This document shows positions 21,036 through 30,846 of a stretch of 64,000 nucleotides of DNA, piece by piece. The translations under genes were made by a program, and so were the position numbers. The notes beneath the pieces were generated by a model. It was given only the letters and a program-made list of their open reading frames with translations. It did no database searches and was not told where the DNA came from. How positions within the stretch are numbered: position 1 is the stretch's first letter; every line of letters begins with the position of its first letter. This stretch comes from Thermoplasmatales archaeon SM1-50 (lineage in GTDB: Archaea; Thermoplasmatota; E2; DHVEG-1): positions 453 to 64,452 of the forward strand of contig LSSI01000089.1 of assembly GCA_001595945.1 (NCBI GenBank), read 5' to 3'.

Positions 21036-23555
21036 TTATACTCCAATCACAAAGAACAAAAGAACTACGCCCGAAGCACTAGCCTGAGATGCTCCGACGT
21101 TCACTGCAATACCTGTTTTCCCAAGGCCGACAACAAAATCTCTTATAGTGATTGATGCCATGGGTTCAAGAGACGTAAGGGTCCCGATTTTTGTTTGTCC
21201 TATGAAAATCGTTTTTCCATCAAGGGTGATACTATAGCTGAGGTTTGATAGGGTTGTTGTTCCAATGTTTTTAACAACCATGGAAACGCCTATCCCGCCC
21301 TTTAGTGTTATCGTTATTGATGGGAGCTCTTGTTGAATGGTAAAGGTGCAGTTTTTTTCCGTCTCTACGTTACCTTGCTTGTCAACGGAATAAAAGCGTA
21401 CTGTGTGATTACCATTCGTTGAAACGATAAAAGGTGAAATATAGATGGTCCATCCACCGTTATCGAGTTTATACATCGTGTAATCTACACCTGATCCTTC
21501 ATCCGTGGCTGTTAAAGTGACAGTTACATCACTTACGTAAACGTTACCTTCTAGCTCTCCTGTAAGATTACAAATGGTCACAGGAGGTATCGTATCATTA
21601 CCAAGAGCTACAATGATCCGCTCAAGTGTACTAAAATCTCCCCATCCCCGCGCAGTGTTATGTCCTTTCACCTGGTAGTAGTATGTACCGTTTTCCTTTC
21701 CGGTGATATCATAGTAATGATTTGTAATGGAACTTGACAGTGTGGTTAACGTCTGAACTGTGGCAACAGGGGTAATATCATCAACATAGAATCCTTCTTG
21801 CAATGTGTATGAATCAGTGGTATATCTGAAACGAATAAAGAGCGATTCATCAGCGTAATTACTCAGATTGTACTCTTTATAGATCCAGTTGCTTGATGAT
21901 CCGGTGAAGACTTCTAAAACTTCATAGTGACGGCCATCGGGGCTTACTTCAACAAAAGCCATATCGTAATTATTCTCTATTGAGTACCAACACCAAAATG
22001 AAAGTTTCATTCCCGTGGTGATAGGTATTGGATATGCTGTTGTCATAGAAGAGAAATCCGAGTTCATGTAGCGGGATTTGTAACTATGGCTTCCTGAGTG
22101 GTATCTAGATGTTGAAAGGGCAAAGCCATCAAGCGTCCATAATCCCGATCCTGACTCTGCGTCATCTGTTTCTAGTGAAAGCCCGCTGAGTTCATCCAGC
22201 TGAAAATAATCAGGATTTGCATTAGGGTTCTTTTCTTGCCAGGAGACACGATAGGTGCCGTCAGAATCATTTGATAAATCATCAAGAATTGGTGGGACCA
22301 CACGGGGGACGACGGTATCACGGATGTTTTGTGCTTCTTGGATAAGATATATCGCTCCGTCGCAGTTTTCTTTACAAATCTGATCGAGATAACTTGCAGA
22401 TGGGTGGAACGTAGAACATGCTTCAATGGTGTAGGCAAAGGTCGTCCTACCGATTACATAATGACTATACCCGTACGCCCAATCGATTGTATCACCTGTG
22501 GTAGGATACAGGCCGTATGCTTGTTTGGGTGTATATGTGCCTGATCCGCTTTGTCGTGTGATCCGCAGGGCAATCTGTGTTCCCACAGCACTCATGTACG
22601 TATTGTCCGGTGTGGTGGATGGTGTATACCCCCATGGCCAGTACAATTCCTCTTGGTAGGTATGCCAGGATATTAACGCACAAATATCCTGATTTACGAA
22701 AAAGTTACGGATTGCCTGAATTTCTAGTTCCGAGGTAGGTCCTGGGCCACAATAGGTCTCATCGCTTGGGTGATGTGTTACAGACCCTGTGCCAATTGCT
22801 CCCCATGCGCCCTTTATATCACCATTACTTGATCCGTTATAATTCCTATTCAAATCAACACCATAGGTACCATATTGTGGGAAATAATGTCGATTCTTCC
22901 GCCAATCAATCCCCTGATCATGACAATAGTAATACCCGTCAGGGTTCACACATGGGACAATCCATATTCTTCGATTATTCACTAGATTAGTGATGGTGGA
23001 ATTCACACCATACAGAGAGGTCAGGTTATTAGCGATATGAAGACAGATCTCCACAGTTGGCCATTCACGGGCGTGATGAAGCCCCATATAAAACACACCG
23101 GGTTCTCCCTCATCGACACCGGGATTGTCTGTTATTTCCAAGCACCAGATCGTACGTCCTTCATAGCTTGTTCCAAGGCTAAAAAGACTGGTGATGCTTG
23201 AATAGTTGGTTGCAATACCTTGAAGGATGGTTTCAATCTGAGCGAACGTATGATACGACCCCATCAGTTCCATATGATACTTGTTCATATCTGCGATAAG
23301 AATACTGTAAGATATCTGAAGACTGGATAACTCCTCCAATCGATATCGAGGGATGATGATATCAATCCATTGACCTTGGTTAGCCGCAACAATTTCCACA
23401 TCCGCTGGGAGTGTCACATCTCCGTTTGTTATATCGATTCTGATGAGTGTGTTTACAGATGAAGAACTATTGTCAAACATTGACCCTGAGACAGAGAACG
23501 ATGTGCAAATAAGAAAAACCAATATTCCAAGACAATATATTTTTTGTTTTGTCAT
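21036..23555 (-). CDS. Secreted M14 zinc carboxypeptidase, multidomain
   Basis: HHAREW, NPDG, WRKNR, GVDLNRNY, ISWHTY, TIE; followed by beta-sandwich domains and a CARDB-like C-terminus. Confidence 0.92.
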   Translation of the reverse strand: MTKQKIYCLGILVFLICTSFSVSGSMFDNSSSSVNTLIRIDITNGDVTLPADVEIVAANQGQWIDIIIPRYRLEELSSLQISYSILIADMNKYHMELMGSYHTFAQIETILQGIATNYSSITSLFSLGTSYEGRTIWCLEITDNPGVDEGEPGVFYMGLHHAREWPTVEICLHIANNLTSLYGVNSTITNLVNNRRIWIVPCVNPDGYYYCHDQGIDWRKNRHYFPQYGTYGVDLNRNYNGSSNGDIKGAWGAIGTGSVTHHPSDETYCGPGPTSELEIQAIRNFFVNQDICALISWHTYQEELYWPWGYTPSTTPDNTYMSAVGTQIALRITRQSGSGTYTPKQAYGLYPTTGDTIDWAYGYSHYVIGRTTFAYTIEACSTFHPSASYLDQICKENCDGAIYLIQEAQNIRDTVVPRVVPPILDDLSNDSDGTYRVSWQEKNPNANPDYFQLDELSGLSLETDDAESGSGLWTLDGFALSTSRYHSGSHSYKSRYMNSDFSSMTTAYPIPITTGMKLSFWCWYSIENNYDMAFVEVSPDGRHYEVLEVFTGSSSNWIYKEYNLSNYADESLFIRFRYTTDSYTLQEGFYVDDITPVATVQTLTTLSSSITNHYYDITGKENGTYYYQVKGHNTARGWGDFSTLERIIVALGNDTIPPVTICNLTGELEGNVYVSDVTVTLTATDEGSGVDYTMYKLDNGGWTIYISPFIVSTNGNHTVRFYSVDKQGNVETEKNCTFTIQQELPSITITLKGGIGVSMVVKNIGTTTLSNLSYSITLDGKTIFIGQTKIGTLTSLEPMASITIRDFVVGLGKTGIAVNVGASQASASGVVLLFFVIGV

Positions 23556-23570
23556 CCTAGCACCTTCACG

Positions 23571-25463
23571 TTAGGCATATCCTCCAATTTTAAGACTGGG
23601 ATCACCAAGAAGGACAAACTCTTGAACTGTCTTACAGTCAAGTATCTCAAGCATCGGGGGAAACGTGGTAAGATAATCGATGAGCGACTGGGTGTGTGCC
23701 TCGCCAAGGATCGTGATATTATTCACCCCGTAATTTTTAAAGAACTGAGTATTGGCGTATCCTGAGAAGAACTGAACGCAGTCTGGAATGGAGTCATTGT
23801 TGTAATCTCCCTCAGCAAACCAGTCAAGACCCGTATATGCCATAGTCGCGATACTTCCTCCATTTTTAACACTAATAAGTTTCCATGCCCAGCATTCTGG
23901 TGCCCATTCACCAAGGAAGAATTTCCATTTAAAATATTGAAGTTGCTCTTGGATAATTCCTTTGAGAATGTTTAAAAGACTGGTGTTAAACTGTCCGTTA
24001 TGACACCCGCCGCATACCGTGACTGGGAGTTGTTCCCCGTTTGTCAGCTTCGGCATGTCTTTTACCTCCAATCCGTTAATCCAAGCACTATCGTTGTATG
24101 GCGGATGTGTAGACCATGACATAGGGTTACCATGCCCGTCGAAAAATAGGAATCCACAGCCCTTGTTTATCGCATCCATAACATCTTGAGGTCCGGTGAA
24201 GGTCCCGGTGGACGTCCAAAGTTTGACTCCTTCGAACCCTGTCATATATTCCAATGCGAGTTTGTTTTCCTCCTCACCTTCATACCAAGGATCTGTCGCG
24301 TTTGGTGCTGAATCCCCACCTACAACAACCATCCTGTTAAACCAGTCTTTCCCTACAGTATTGTTTTCATAGACCGTTATTTTATTTACAAGAGTTTTTA
24401 CCTGATTAACATTCTTACATGCAAGTCGTCCGATACAGACCTCAGGGTACATGTCCATGATGTCTTGCCGCTGGCTATTCCATTCAGCGAAAATACCGTT
24501 ATTATCCGAATCCCAACTAGAGAAGCTTCCGTTGCTATCATACAAATCTGCAAAATAGAGGTCAGAGAGGTAACTTCCCTCCCAGTTGTAACCATCATCA
24601 AGATGGGAATATCTTACGGGTACCCACCATTTTTCGTTTAACACCCCGCCATATCTTCCTCCGACCAAGAGTACGTATCTGGTTCCCCATTGGTCAAAGG
24701 CGTTCTTGATAAAATATTTCATCTCCTCAGCGCAATCCCGACCTTGCACTGGGAAATAGACACCATCGCAAATATCATTTCTGGTAACTAGTTTTGTTGT
24801 GATTCCTTTACTGATTTTGTGGTTAACCAATGGAAGCAGCGTCTCGGAGAAAGCCTTGGGAGCGATGATAATAAGTTTGTAGTCATCAACTGTTGATGTT
24901 TCGGTTTTTGGAAGCTCATAGGTAATCGAGAGATGTGCATTATCCCGGAAGAGGATGGAATTTTTCTCTGGATCGTACTGGATGGGAAAGCATCGAATGG
25001 TTACAAAAAGAACATGGTCTTGTCCGGAGAGTCCAGCACTTAGATGATAATCAAACAATTTATCGGGATAAAGTGAAGTGATTTCGTTTTCCTCTTGTGT
25101 GTATAGTATCTTCTTTCCATTTACACTAGTGACTGGATGTGGTGCAGTCAGTAATGTTTTTTCTAAAAGTTGTATTTGGGGTTCAGAGAACATCACATCA
25201 ACAGTCTTTATCTTGGTCCCAAACGGAAAGATATAGGTGTTGACTGATATAGGGAGCATTGGTGCGTTAGTTGTGTAGAGCCATGTATCTGCATTGTCAA
25301 TGCTTAAGACTGTTTGTCCTTCTCTAATGCTTATTTCTGGATAAGAAAAGATGATAGTTACTGTTTTTTCCATCAGTGTTTGTTTGGAATAAGTGACAGC
25401 TGCTGCTCCTAGTCCACTAAGGACCATAACCCCTACTATTAATAATGGTATTATTTTATTCAT
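23571..25463 (-). CDS. Secreted gingipain-like C25 cysteine peptidase
   Basis: Signal peptide, YVLLVGG, SDLYFAD, IGRL, FFDGHG, GGCHNG, LLGDPSL. Confidence 0.9.
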   Translation of the reverse strand: MNKIIPLLIVGVMVLSGLGAAAVTYSKQTLMEKTVTIIFSYPEISIREGQTVLSIDNADTWLYTTNAPMLPISVNTYIFPFGTKIKTVDVMFSEPQIQLLEKTLLTAPHPVTSVNGKKILYTQEENEITSLYPDKLFDYHLSAGLSGQDHVLFVTIRCFPIQYDPEKNSILFRDNAHLSITYELPKTETSTVDDYKLIIIAPKAFSETLLPLVNHKISKGITTKLVTRNDICDGVYFPVQGRDCAEEMKYFIKNAFDQWGTRYVLLVGGRYGGVLNEKWWVPVRYSHLDDGYNWEGSYLSDLYFADLYDSNGSFSSWDSDNNGIFAEWNSQRQDIMDMYPEVCIGRLACKNVNQVKTLVNKITVYENNTVGKDWFNRMVVVGGDSAPNATDPWYEGEEENKLALEYMTGFEGVKLWTSTGTFTGPQDVMDAINKGCGFLFFDGHGNPMSWSTHPPYNDSAWINGLEVKDMPKLTNGEQLPVTVCGGCHNGQFNTSLLNILKGIIQEQLQYFKWKFFLGEWAPECWAWKLISVKNGGSIATMAYTGLDWFAEGDYNNDSIPDCVQFFSGYANTQFFKNYGVNNITILGEAHTQSLIDYLTTFPPMLEILDCKTVQEFVLLGDPSLKIGGYA

Positions 25464-25771
25464 GATGTCTTTCCCCTACTTTGTTTTTTATTTATGTTTT
25501 AGCCCTTACTACCTGATATTACTTGGCATTAAGTAGTTTTATCATATTGAGCTAAGTGATGTAATGAGGGATCTATGAAGAATATCTTGAACAATTTTAG
25601 CATATGTTTTTTTCATAGTTATCCCCACGTATTCTTAATTATATAAATCTCTATTTAAAACTATCCTATGGGATGTTTCCTTGTATTTAAGAATGATTGC
25701 GTAAACATTTGAAAGATAAATGATAATGCTCCATAATGTTTATATCCTAAAATGCATAATAATACTGTAGA

Positions 25772-26335
25772 ATGACAAGGAAATACAACAGAAAAAGAGA
25801 ACTTGATTCCCTGAGAACTCAGTGGAGAAAAACCCATCGGACACTGAATGGGAGAATTATCCTGTACCCAGATAAACCTCCTGAGCATATCAATGCGAGG
25901 GGGAGTAAGTTGTATAATTGGTTCTGGCGAAAAATTCTGCGAGAAACCAAACCGCAGGAGATTCCTGCGATTGTTTCTGGCTTGCAGGATGCGATTCATG
26001 CGGAAAAAGACCCAAGGAAAATACAGATACTGCGGACCATGATCGGGATGGCAGAGGATGCGTACCAATTCAAACAGCTAGAGGATATTAAGGATGTCGA
26101 TTCAGAATTGCAGATTGAACATAAACCGATATTTAATCCTGAAGATGGAGTCATCTATCGGAGTGGAAATATCTACACAACTGATTATAACGAAGATGAA
26201 AGTGAGATTCTCATCCGTGATATTGAAGGAATTATCATTGATGTGTTATCTTCTGAGGAAATAGATAAGAAGCTATCACCATCCTTGGTTCGGAATAATA
26301 CCTACAAGAACTGGAACTATATGGAGAAAATTTAG
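25772..26335 (+). CDS. Hypothetical protein
   Basis: 187-aa ORF after a TTTATA box; basic N-terminal half and acidic C-terminal half; family not recognised. Confidence 0.65.
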   Translation: MTRKYNRKRELDSLRTQWRKTHRTLNGRIILYPDKPPEHINARGSKLYNWFWRKILRETKPQEIPAIVSGLQDAIHAEKDPRKIQILRTMIGMAEDAYQFKQLEDIKDVDSELQIEHKPIFNPEDGVIYRSGNIYTTDYNEDESEILIRDIEGIIIDVLSSEEIDKKLSPSLVRNNTYKNWNYMEKI

Positions 26336-26597
26336 ATTCGCCAACATATAATATAACGAGGAGAAGTTTTTTAAAAATTTTTTGTGATTATTTATAGTTT
26401 TTGTTTTATGTTACTATAATTTATTTCTCTGCAATAATCCATTGTCTGACCAGAAGTAAGTTTTATTGGTTTCATAGAATCATCAGTTATTATTACTTTT
26501 TTTAGAAGAATGCACTAATTGCTGTTTTTTTAAATAGAAAATTATAAATGCTGATACAAAATGTATTTTTGTAAGGTGATGTAGGAGAAAGGGGAAG

Positions 26598-26702
26598 ATG
26601 AGATTGGTCATTACCGAGAAATGGGAGCAAACATTTTTTTATTTGGCGACGCTGTCACTTGTGTTTATCAGCGGTTTTTTTATTCGAGTCCTTGCTGGAT
26701 AA
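26598..26702 (+). CDS. Small single-TM protein (34 aa), not in the ORF track
   Basis: AGGAGAAAGGGGAAG then ATG; MRLVITEKWEQTFFYLATLSLVFISGFFIRVLAG*; followed by a T-rich tract. Confidence 0.55.
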   Translation: MRLVITEKWEQTFFYLATLSLVFISGFFIRVLAG

Positions 26703-26919
26703 TAACGCACCTTTTCTCTCACTTTTTTTATACAGATTTTCTATCGAGAAGTCTTGTCTCTGAGATGAACAAGGGAGGTGTTAAAAGTGAGTCAATTGGA
26801 AAAAATACAGTTGTTTCTTTTCCCTATCACTACTCATTATTCAAAGCAAGCAATGAAATCTAAAATATCATATCTTTTATAGAAGATAAATTATGAATAA
26901 AAAACTGAAGGGAATATAA

Positions 26920-27387
26920 TTAAAACTTGAATTCTTTTGTGTAGATTTTCTTGAAGATAAAACTCCTCACCTTCTTGAGATCCGAATCAAGATAGATCGC
27001 GCCGATTAACGCCTCTAAGGCATTTGCTAAGTTGGTACGGTTCTTTGCTCCATCCTGTTTACTCTCTCCTTTTCCAAGCAGTAAAAACTGGCCTATGTCA
27101 AGTTGTAATGCAACATCAGCAAGGACGTTATTGTTCACACCATTCGCACGTCTCCGTGTCAGCTCCCCTTCGGAAAAAAACTGATTACTTTGATACAACT
27201 TCTCGGCGATGATAAAATTCAGGATGCTGTCCCCCAGAAATTCTAATCGTTCGTTATATTCCACTGGCGTCTGAGCTTCAAACGCGTAGGTCTTATGGGT
27301 CAGTGCTGTGATAAGCAGCTGTTTATCTGAAAATGTATACCTAATGTGTTCTTCTAACGACGTAACCTTACTTTTCTTCATATACAA
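26920..27387 (-). CDS. rnc: Ribonuclease III nuclease-domain protein lacking the dsRBD
   Basis: ALTHKTY, NERLEFLGDSIL, EGELT, LANALEALIGAIYLD; ends at 155 aa. Confidence 0.88.
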   Translation of the reverse strand: MYMKKSKVTSLEEHIRYTFSDKQLLITALTHKTYAFEAQTPVEYNERLEFLGDSILNFIIAEKLYQSNQFFSEGELTRRRANGVNNNVLADVALQLDIGQFLLLGKGESKQDGAKNRTNLANALEALIGAIYLDSDLKKVRSFIFKKIYTKEFKF

Positions 27388-27408
27388 CCTCTATTCTTAT
27401 TGTTTTTT

Positions 27409-29118
27409 TTATGAAATAAAGTCTTCAAGAGTTTTTGCTATTCTCTCATCATCAAACACGCTAAGGAATTCTTCTTTACTGTGAAACGGCCGACTAGCTA
27501 AAATCCTTATCGCTCGTTTCTTTCCTATACCAGGAACCGCCTCTAATGTCTCCCGAGGCACATTGTTGACATCTAGAGGGAATGGTACTGCGGTAAGTGA
27601 CCGATAACCGTACGCTACAATTTTCACGTCATAAAAACAATGTTTTGGAAAGACACCAGGGATACCAACAAGCAAAGGATAACTTCCAAGTTGTCGTGCA
27701 AATGTCAACTTTCCTTCATAGGCTTCCGTAAACACCTGTGTAAGAAGAGTCCCTTGTGGTGTCAGACGTTGGAGCATAGGCCTATCAATTGTTTGCCGTA
27801 CCTTTCGTTTGAACCGCTGAAATTCTGCCTTATGTTTTCTGATGTTCTTTTCACCAACCTTATACATTCGTGTACCAGGGATTAGGATGACTTGCCGAAG
27901 ATTGATTCGTCGGAGAAGCAGATTATCGTCATAGATCTTTTTCAGAAACTCGTAATCAAGAGCAAACGTGTTTTTTGTTTCACCATCAAGACCAAACACA
28001 AAATTAAGACCAGGGAGCAACTCTGGAAGTCCATTAGACCCTCTCTGAGCACCAATCTCATTAAACAGTTTAACAACCCCGAATACCTCCTCAGCTGTCG
28101 CCTTCAGATTATTCTTTTTGATAACCACAGGATCAACGCTTTCCACGCCTAGAGCCGCAACGTCACCTGGGGTATGGTACCGAATGATGCTTTTTGCGAT
28201 CTGGCGACATTCCTTCGGGTATCGTGCAATGATACCTGGGTTCGCATTGTCGATATGAAGTGTTTTCAAATCTGATGCAATGGTTCGAATTCCACGAAAC
28301 AACCGTTCAAGAGCCTCCGGATTTGGTTTGGGAAACTCAACTTCCCCGGCCCCTTTTGCTAGGTATGAGAAGATACAGGGTTGATTCCCGATACGAAAAT
28401 GACGTATTCCCACGTTATATAATGCAGCGATTTCATCACAGATTTCGTCGACAGCCCGGAAATGGGGGGCTCCTTTGTTAGGCTCGCTGCAAAAAGAGCA
28501 TCCACCTGTAATACTTCGTGAGCATCCACGGTATGTCTCGATTTCCGTAATGAGGTAGTCGGGGAAAAAAGGATGTTGCGTGACAATCACTGCTCCCCGT
28601 ACTGCAAAGTTTTTTGTGACATGAGGGCTTGTCCTACATACTGCTGGGTCTACTTTTTCCCTGTTGAGATTATTTTTTAATATGTCAGAAACAACGATAT
28701 CGCCGTCCCCTTTTGCTATAATGTCAAAAACCTGGTTAACGATATCAGTATTAGTGACCCGTTTCCCACCGGACATCCCAAATCCATACCATGCTGCAGG
28801 ACCACAAAGCAGTTTTATTGGTTTTGTAATATCACTTAGTAACAAGATGAGTTCATGGGGACTTGCAGGAAATCCAGAAAGATATCTCCCTGGGACTGCC
28901 ATCCCTGCGATAACGACAAGAACGTCAGATTGTGAGATAAAATGCTCCAGAGAACTGTTATTCCTAATTTGATCTATGGTGATATACGTAACAGTAGCAT
29001 GAGCATCGAAATCCCATACTGCTCCAGCTATATAACGAGGATAGGGACTTATGTATGGTGGGACACCAAGGCAGGTCGGCTCATCAATATACCCATCAAG
29101 TATTGTAACATGCAACAT
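27409..29118 (-). CDS. Radical SAM protein with C-terminal helix-hairpin-helix (COG1031-like)
   Basis: ILDGYIDEPTCLGVPPYISPYPRY, atypical Cx7CxxC (GCSRSITGGCSFC), LHIDNANP, HhH motif VPGIGKKRA. Confidence 0.88.
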   Translation of the reverse strand: MLHVTILDGYIDEPTCLGVPPYISPYPRYIAGAVWDFDAHATVTYITIDQIRNNSSLEHFISQSDVLVVIAGMAVPGRYLSGFPASPHELILLLSDITKPIKLLCGPAAWYGFGMSGGKRVTNTDIVNQVFDIIAKGDGDIVVSDILKNNLNREKVDPAVCRTSPHVTKNFAVRGAVIVTQHPFFPDYLITEIETYRGCSRSITGGCSFCSEPNKGAPHFRAVDEICDEIAALYNVGIRHFRIGNQPCIFSYLAKGAGEVEFPKPNPEALERLFRGIRTIASDLKTLHIDNANPGIIARYPKECRQIAKSIIRYHTPGDVAALGVESVDPVVIKKNNLKATAEEVFGVVKLFNEIGAQRGSNGLPELLPGLNFVFGLDGETKNTFALDYEFLKKIYDDNLLLRRINLRQVILIPGTRMYKVGEKNIRKHKAEFQRFKRKVRQTIDRPMLQRLTPQGTLLTQVFTEAYEGKLTFARQLGSYPLLVGIPGVFPKHCFYDVKIVAYGYRSLTAVPFPLDVNNVPRETLEAVPGIGKKRAIRILASRPFHSKEEFLSVFDDERIAKTLEDFIS

Positions 29119-29284
29119 ACTTTTTATTGAAATATCTCCTCCATTTTAAAAACTTCGTTCTAAAGGAGGTACATAAGGTAAATGGCAACTGTCTATCCTG
29201 TATTGATATCTATCAGGTGCGTTAACAAGACAGATAACTTTATACCAGGAATCAATATTCCGCGTGAAAGATGGGTGAAGAGCC

Positions 29285-29527
29285 ATGATAAGCGCCTACA
29301 TCTTAATCAGTATGCAGCCAGGTAAAACCGATAAAGCAATCAAAGAGATGCGACAAATCGATAATGTCGCAAAGATATCCATTATCGCTGGTGAGTACGA
29401 TATCGTTGTTCGTGCACAGGTTAAAAATCTCGAAGAGTTATTAGATGTGACCGATAAGTTACAAACGATAGATGGTATTAATAAAACAACCACCCAAATC
29501 ATTGAAAAAGAAATCAGCCTGCAATGA
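29285..29527 (+). CDS. Stand-alone Lrp/AsnC ligand-binding (RAM) domain protein
   Basis: AYILI...PG, IAGEYDIVV, IDGINKTTT. Confidence 0.9.
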   Translation: MISAYILISMQPGKTDKAIKEMRQIDNVAKISIIAGEYDIVVRAQVKNLEELLDVTDKLQTIDGINKTTTQIIEKEISLQ

Positions 29528-29539
29528 TGAGATAAAAAC

Positions 29540-30793
29540 ATGATTATTAGGAAAAAATATCTAATTTATATCCTAGCTATCGCCTCTTCATTTATAGCTG
29601 CGGCAGTGACTGCGTTAGACAGCTATGTCGGTGCTCAATCACCGTTTATTAAGGATCCGTGGGCGTTTGCATTTGGTCTTTTTTTTGTTGGTGCCATCAT
29701 AACCATCCTTATTATACTGATGCTTTCGATACCGATCCATGGGAAAAGCATCGGTTCAAAGATACTAGATCCCTCGTTTAAAAGAATACGATTCATTCAT
29801 AAAAAAGAACTAACAAACCATCTTATTGCAGGGCTAATGAATGCAGTAAACACAGTAGGGTACTGCGCAATTGTCTCCCAGGTTCAAGACCCTTCGGTAA
29901 TCCTGTCATTTTCTCAGATCGTTATTTTATATCTGCTGCTTATGGAATCAATCACGGAAAAAGACGTACCAACACTCGTTGAAGTCCAATCGTCAGTGAT
30001 CGTCACCTTTGGTGCGATTCTTGCATCGATTAGTCTAACCGGTGGATTTCAATTCATGCCCATTCTTCTTGTATTCATCGTCGTCAATCCCACTTGGGCT
30101 GTATTCTCAATTTATCAACGGAAATTAAAAATCATGAAAATACGCAACAGACCAAATGATTCCATTAACATCAGATTCTGGAACGTCGTCTTTACACTTT
30201 TTTTTACCACCATCATCCTTTTTATTAAGGATATATTTAGTTCAAGTAATCATCTCATCTCAGGGTTGACAAGCTCCATTCACCCATATTATTTCCTTCT
30301 CTTAGCCACTACGATGGGGACAACATTCTTTGCCTATGTCTTATACATTCGTGCCCTTGGATTAGGTAAAGCCAGTGTCAACAATGCGATTCGTGCTTCA
30401 ACAATTATTTTTGCCATTCCGTTCTCCATCCTCCTGTTGAAACTCGGCTATATCACGGAGTTTTCGACAGACCCGGTGATGCTTCTTATAAAAATTATTG
30501 GAATGATTTTGATAATATTAGGTATCGTATCCTTTGCGCTGACAATCATTAAAGCCTACATCTTCATCTCAATAAAACCAGGATATTCGTCCCGAGAGAC
30601 GATGAAAAGTCTCTGGGCGATCCGTGGTGTTACTCATGTTACAGTCACAGCAGGGAGATATGATTTTATCGTGAAGGTCTCCACCCGTACCTTGATGAAA
30701 GGCTATGAGCGCATCATTCGTAAACTTGATGAAATCGATGCTATTAAAAAATACCACTGGGAATCTGTGTTAAAAGAATGGGAGAAAATCTAA
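29540..30793 (+). CDS. DMT/EamA-like membrane transporter fused to a C-terminal Lrp/AsnC ligand-binding domain
   Basis: About ten TM segments with YIRALGLGKAS; C-terminus AYIFISIKPG..TAGRYDFIVKV resembles the upstream gene. Confidence 0.8.
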   Translation: MIIRKKYLIYILAIASSFIAAAVTALDSYVGAQSPFIKDPWAFAFGLFFVGAIITILIILMLSIPIHGKSIGSKILDPSFKRIRFIHKKELTNHLIAGLMNAVNTVGYCAIVSQVQDPSVILSFSQIVILYLLLMESITEKDVPTLVEVQSSVIVTFGAILASISLTGGFQFMPILLVFIVVNPTWAVFSIYQRKLKIMKIRNRPNDSINIRFWNVVFTLFFTTIILFIKDIFSSSNHLISGLTSSIHPYYFLLLATTMGTTFFAYVLYIRALGLGKASVNNAIRASTIIFAIPFSILLLKLGYITEFSTDPVMLLIKIIGMILIILGIVSFALTIIKAYIFISIKPGYSSRETMKSLWAIRGVTHVTVTAGRYDFIVKVSTRTLMKGYERIIRKLDEIDAIKKYHWESVLKEWEKI

Positions 30794-30846
30794 ATCAACC
30801 AGAAACTCTTTTATGAGTTCATTTGTTTTCAGATAGGGATTCATAT

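Noticed and set aside
18151-24759. Diversity-generating retroelement template/variable repeat pair
   Set aside because: No reverse transcriptase in the window, both copies lie in equivalent coding positions, and only two synonymous differences are present
25500-25630. Possible remnant of a deleted secreted-protein gene (GGGGATAACT ATG AAA AAA ACA TGC TAA, minus strand)
   Set aside because: Too short to support any homology
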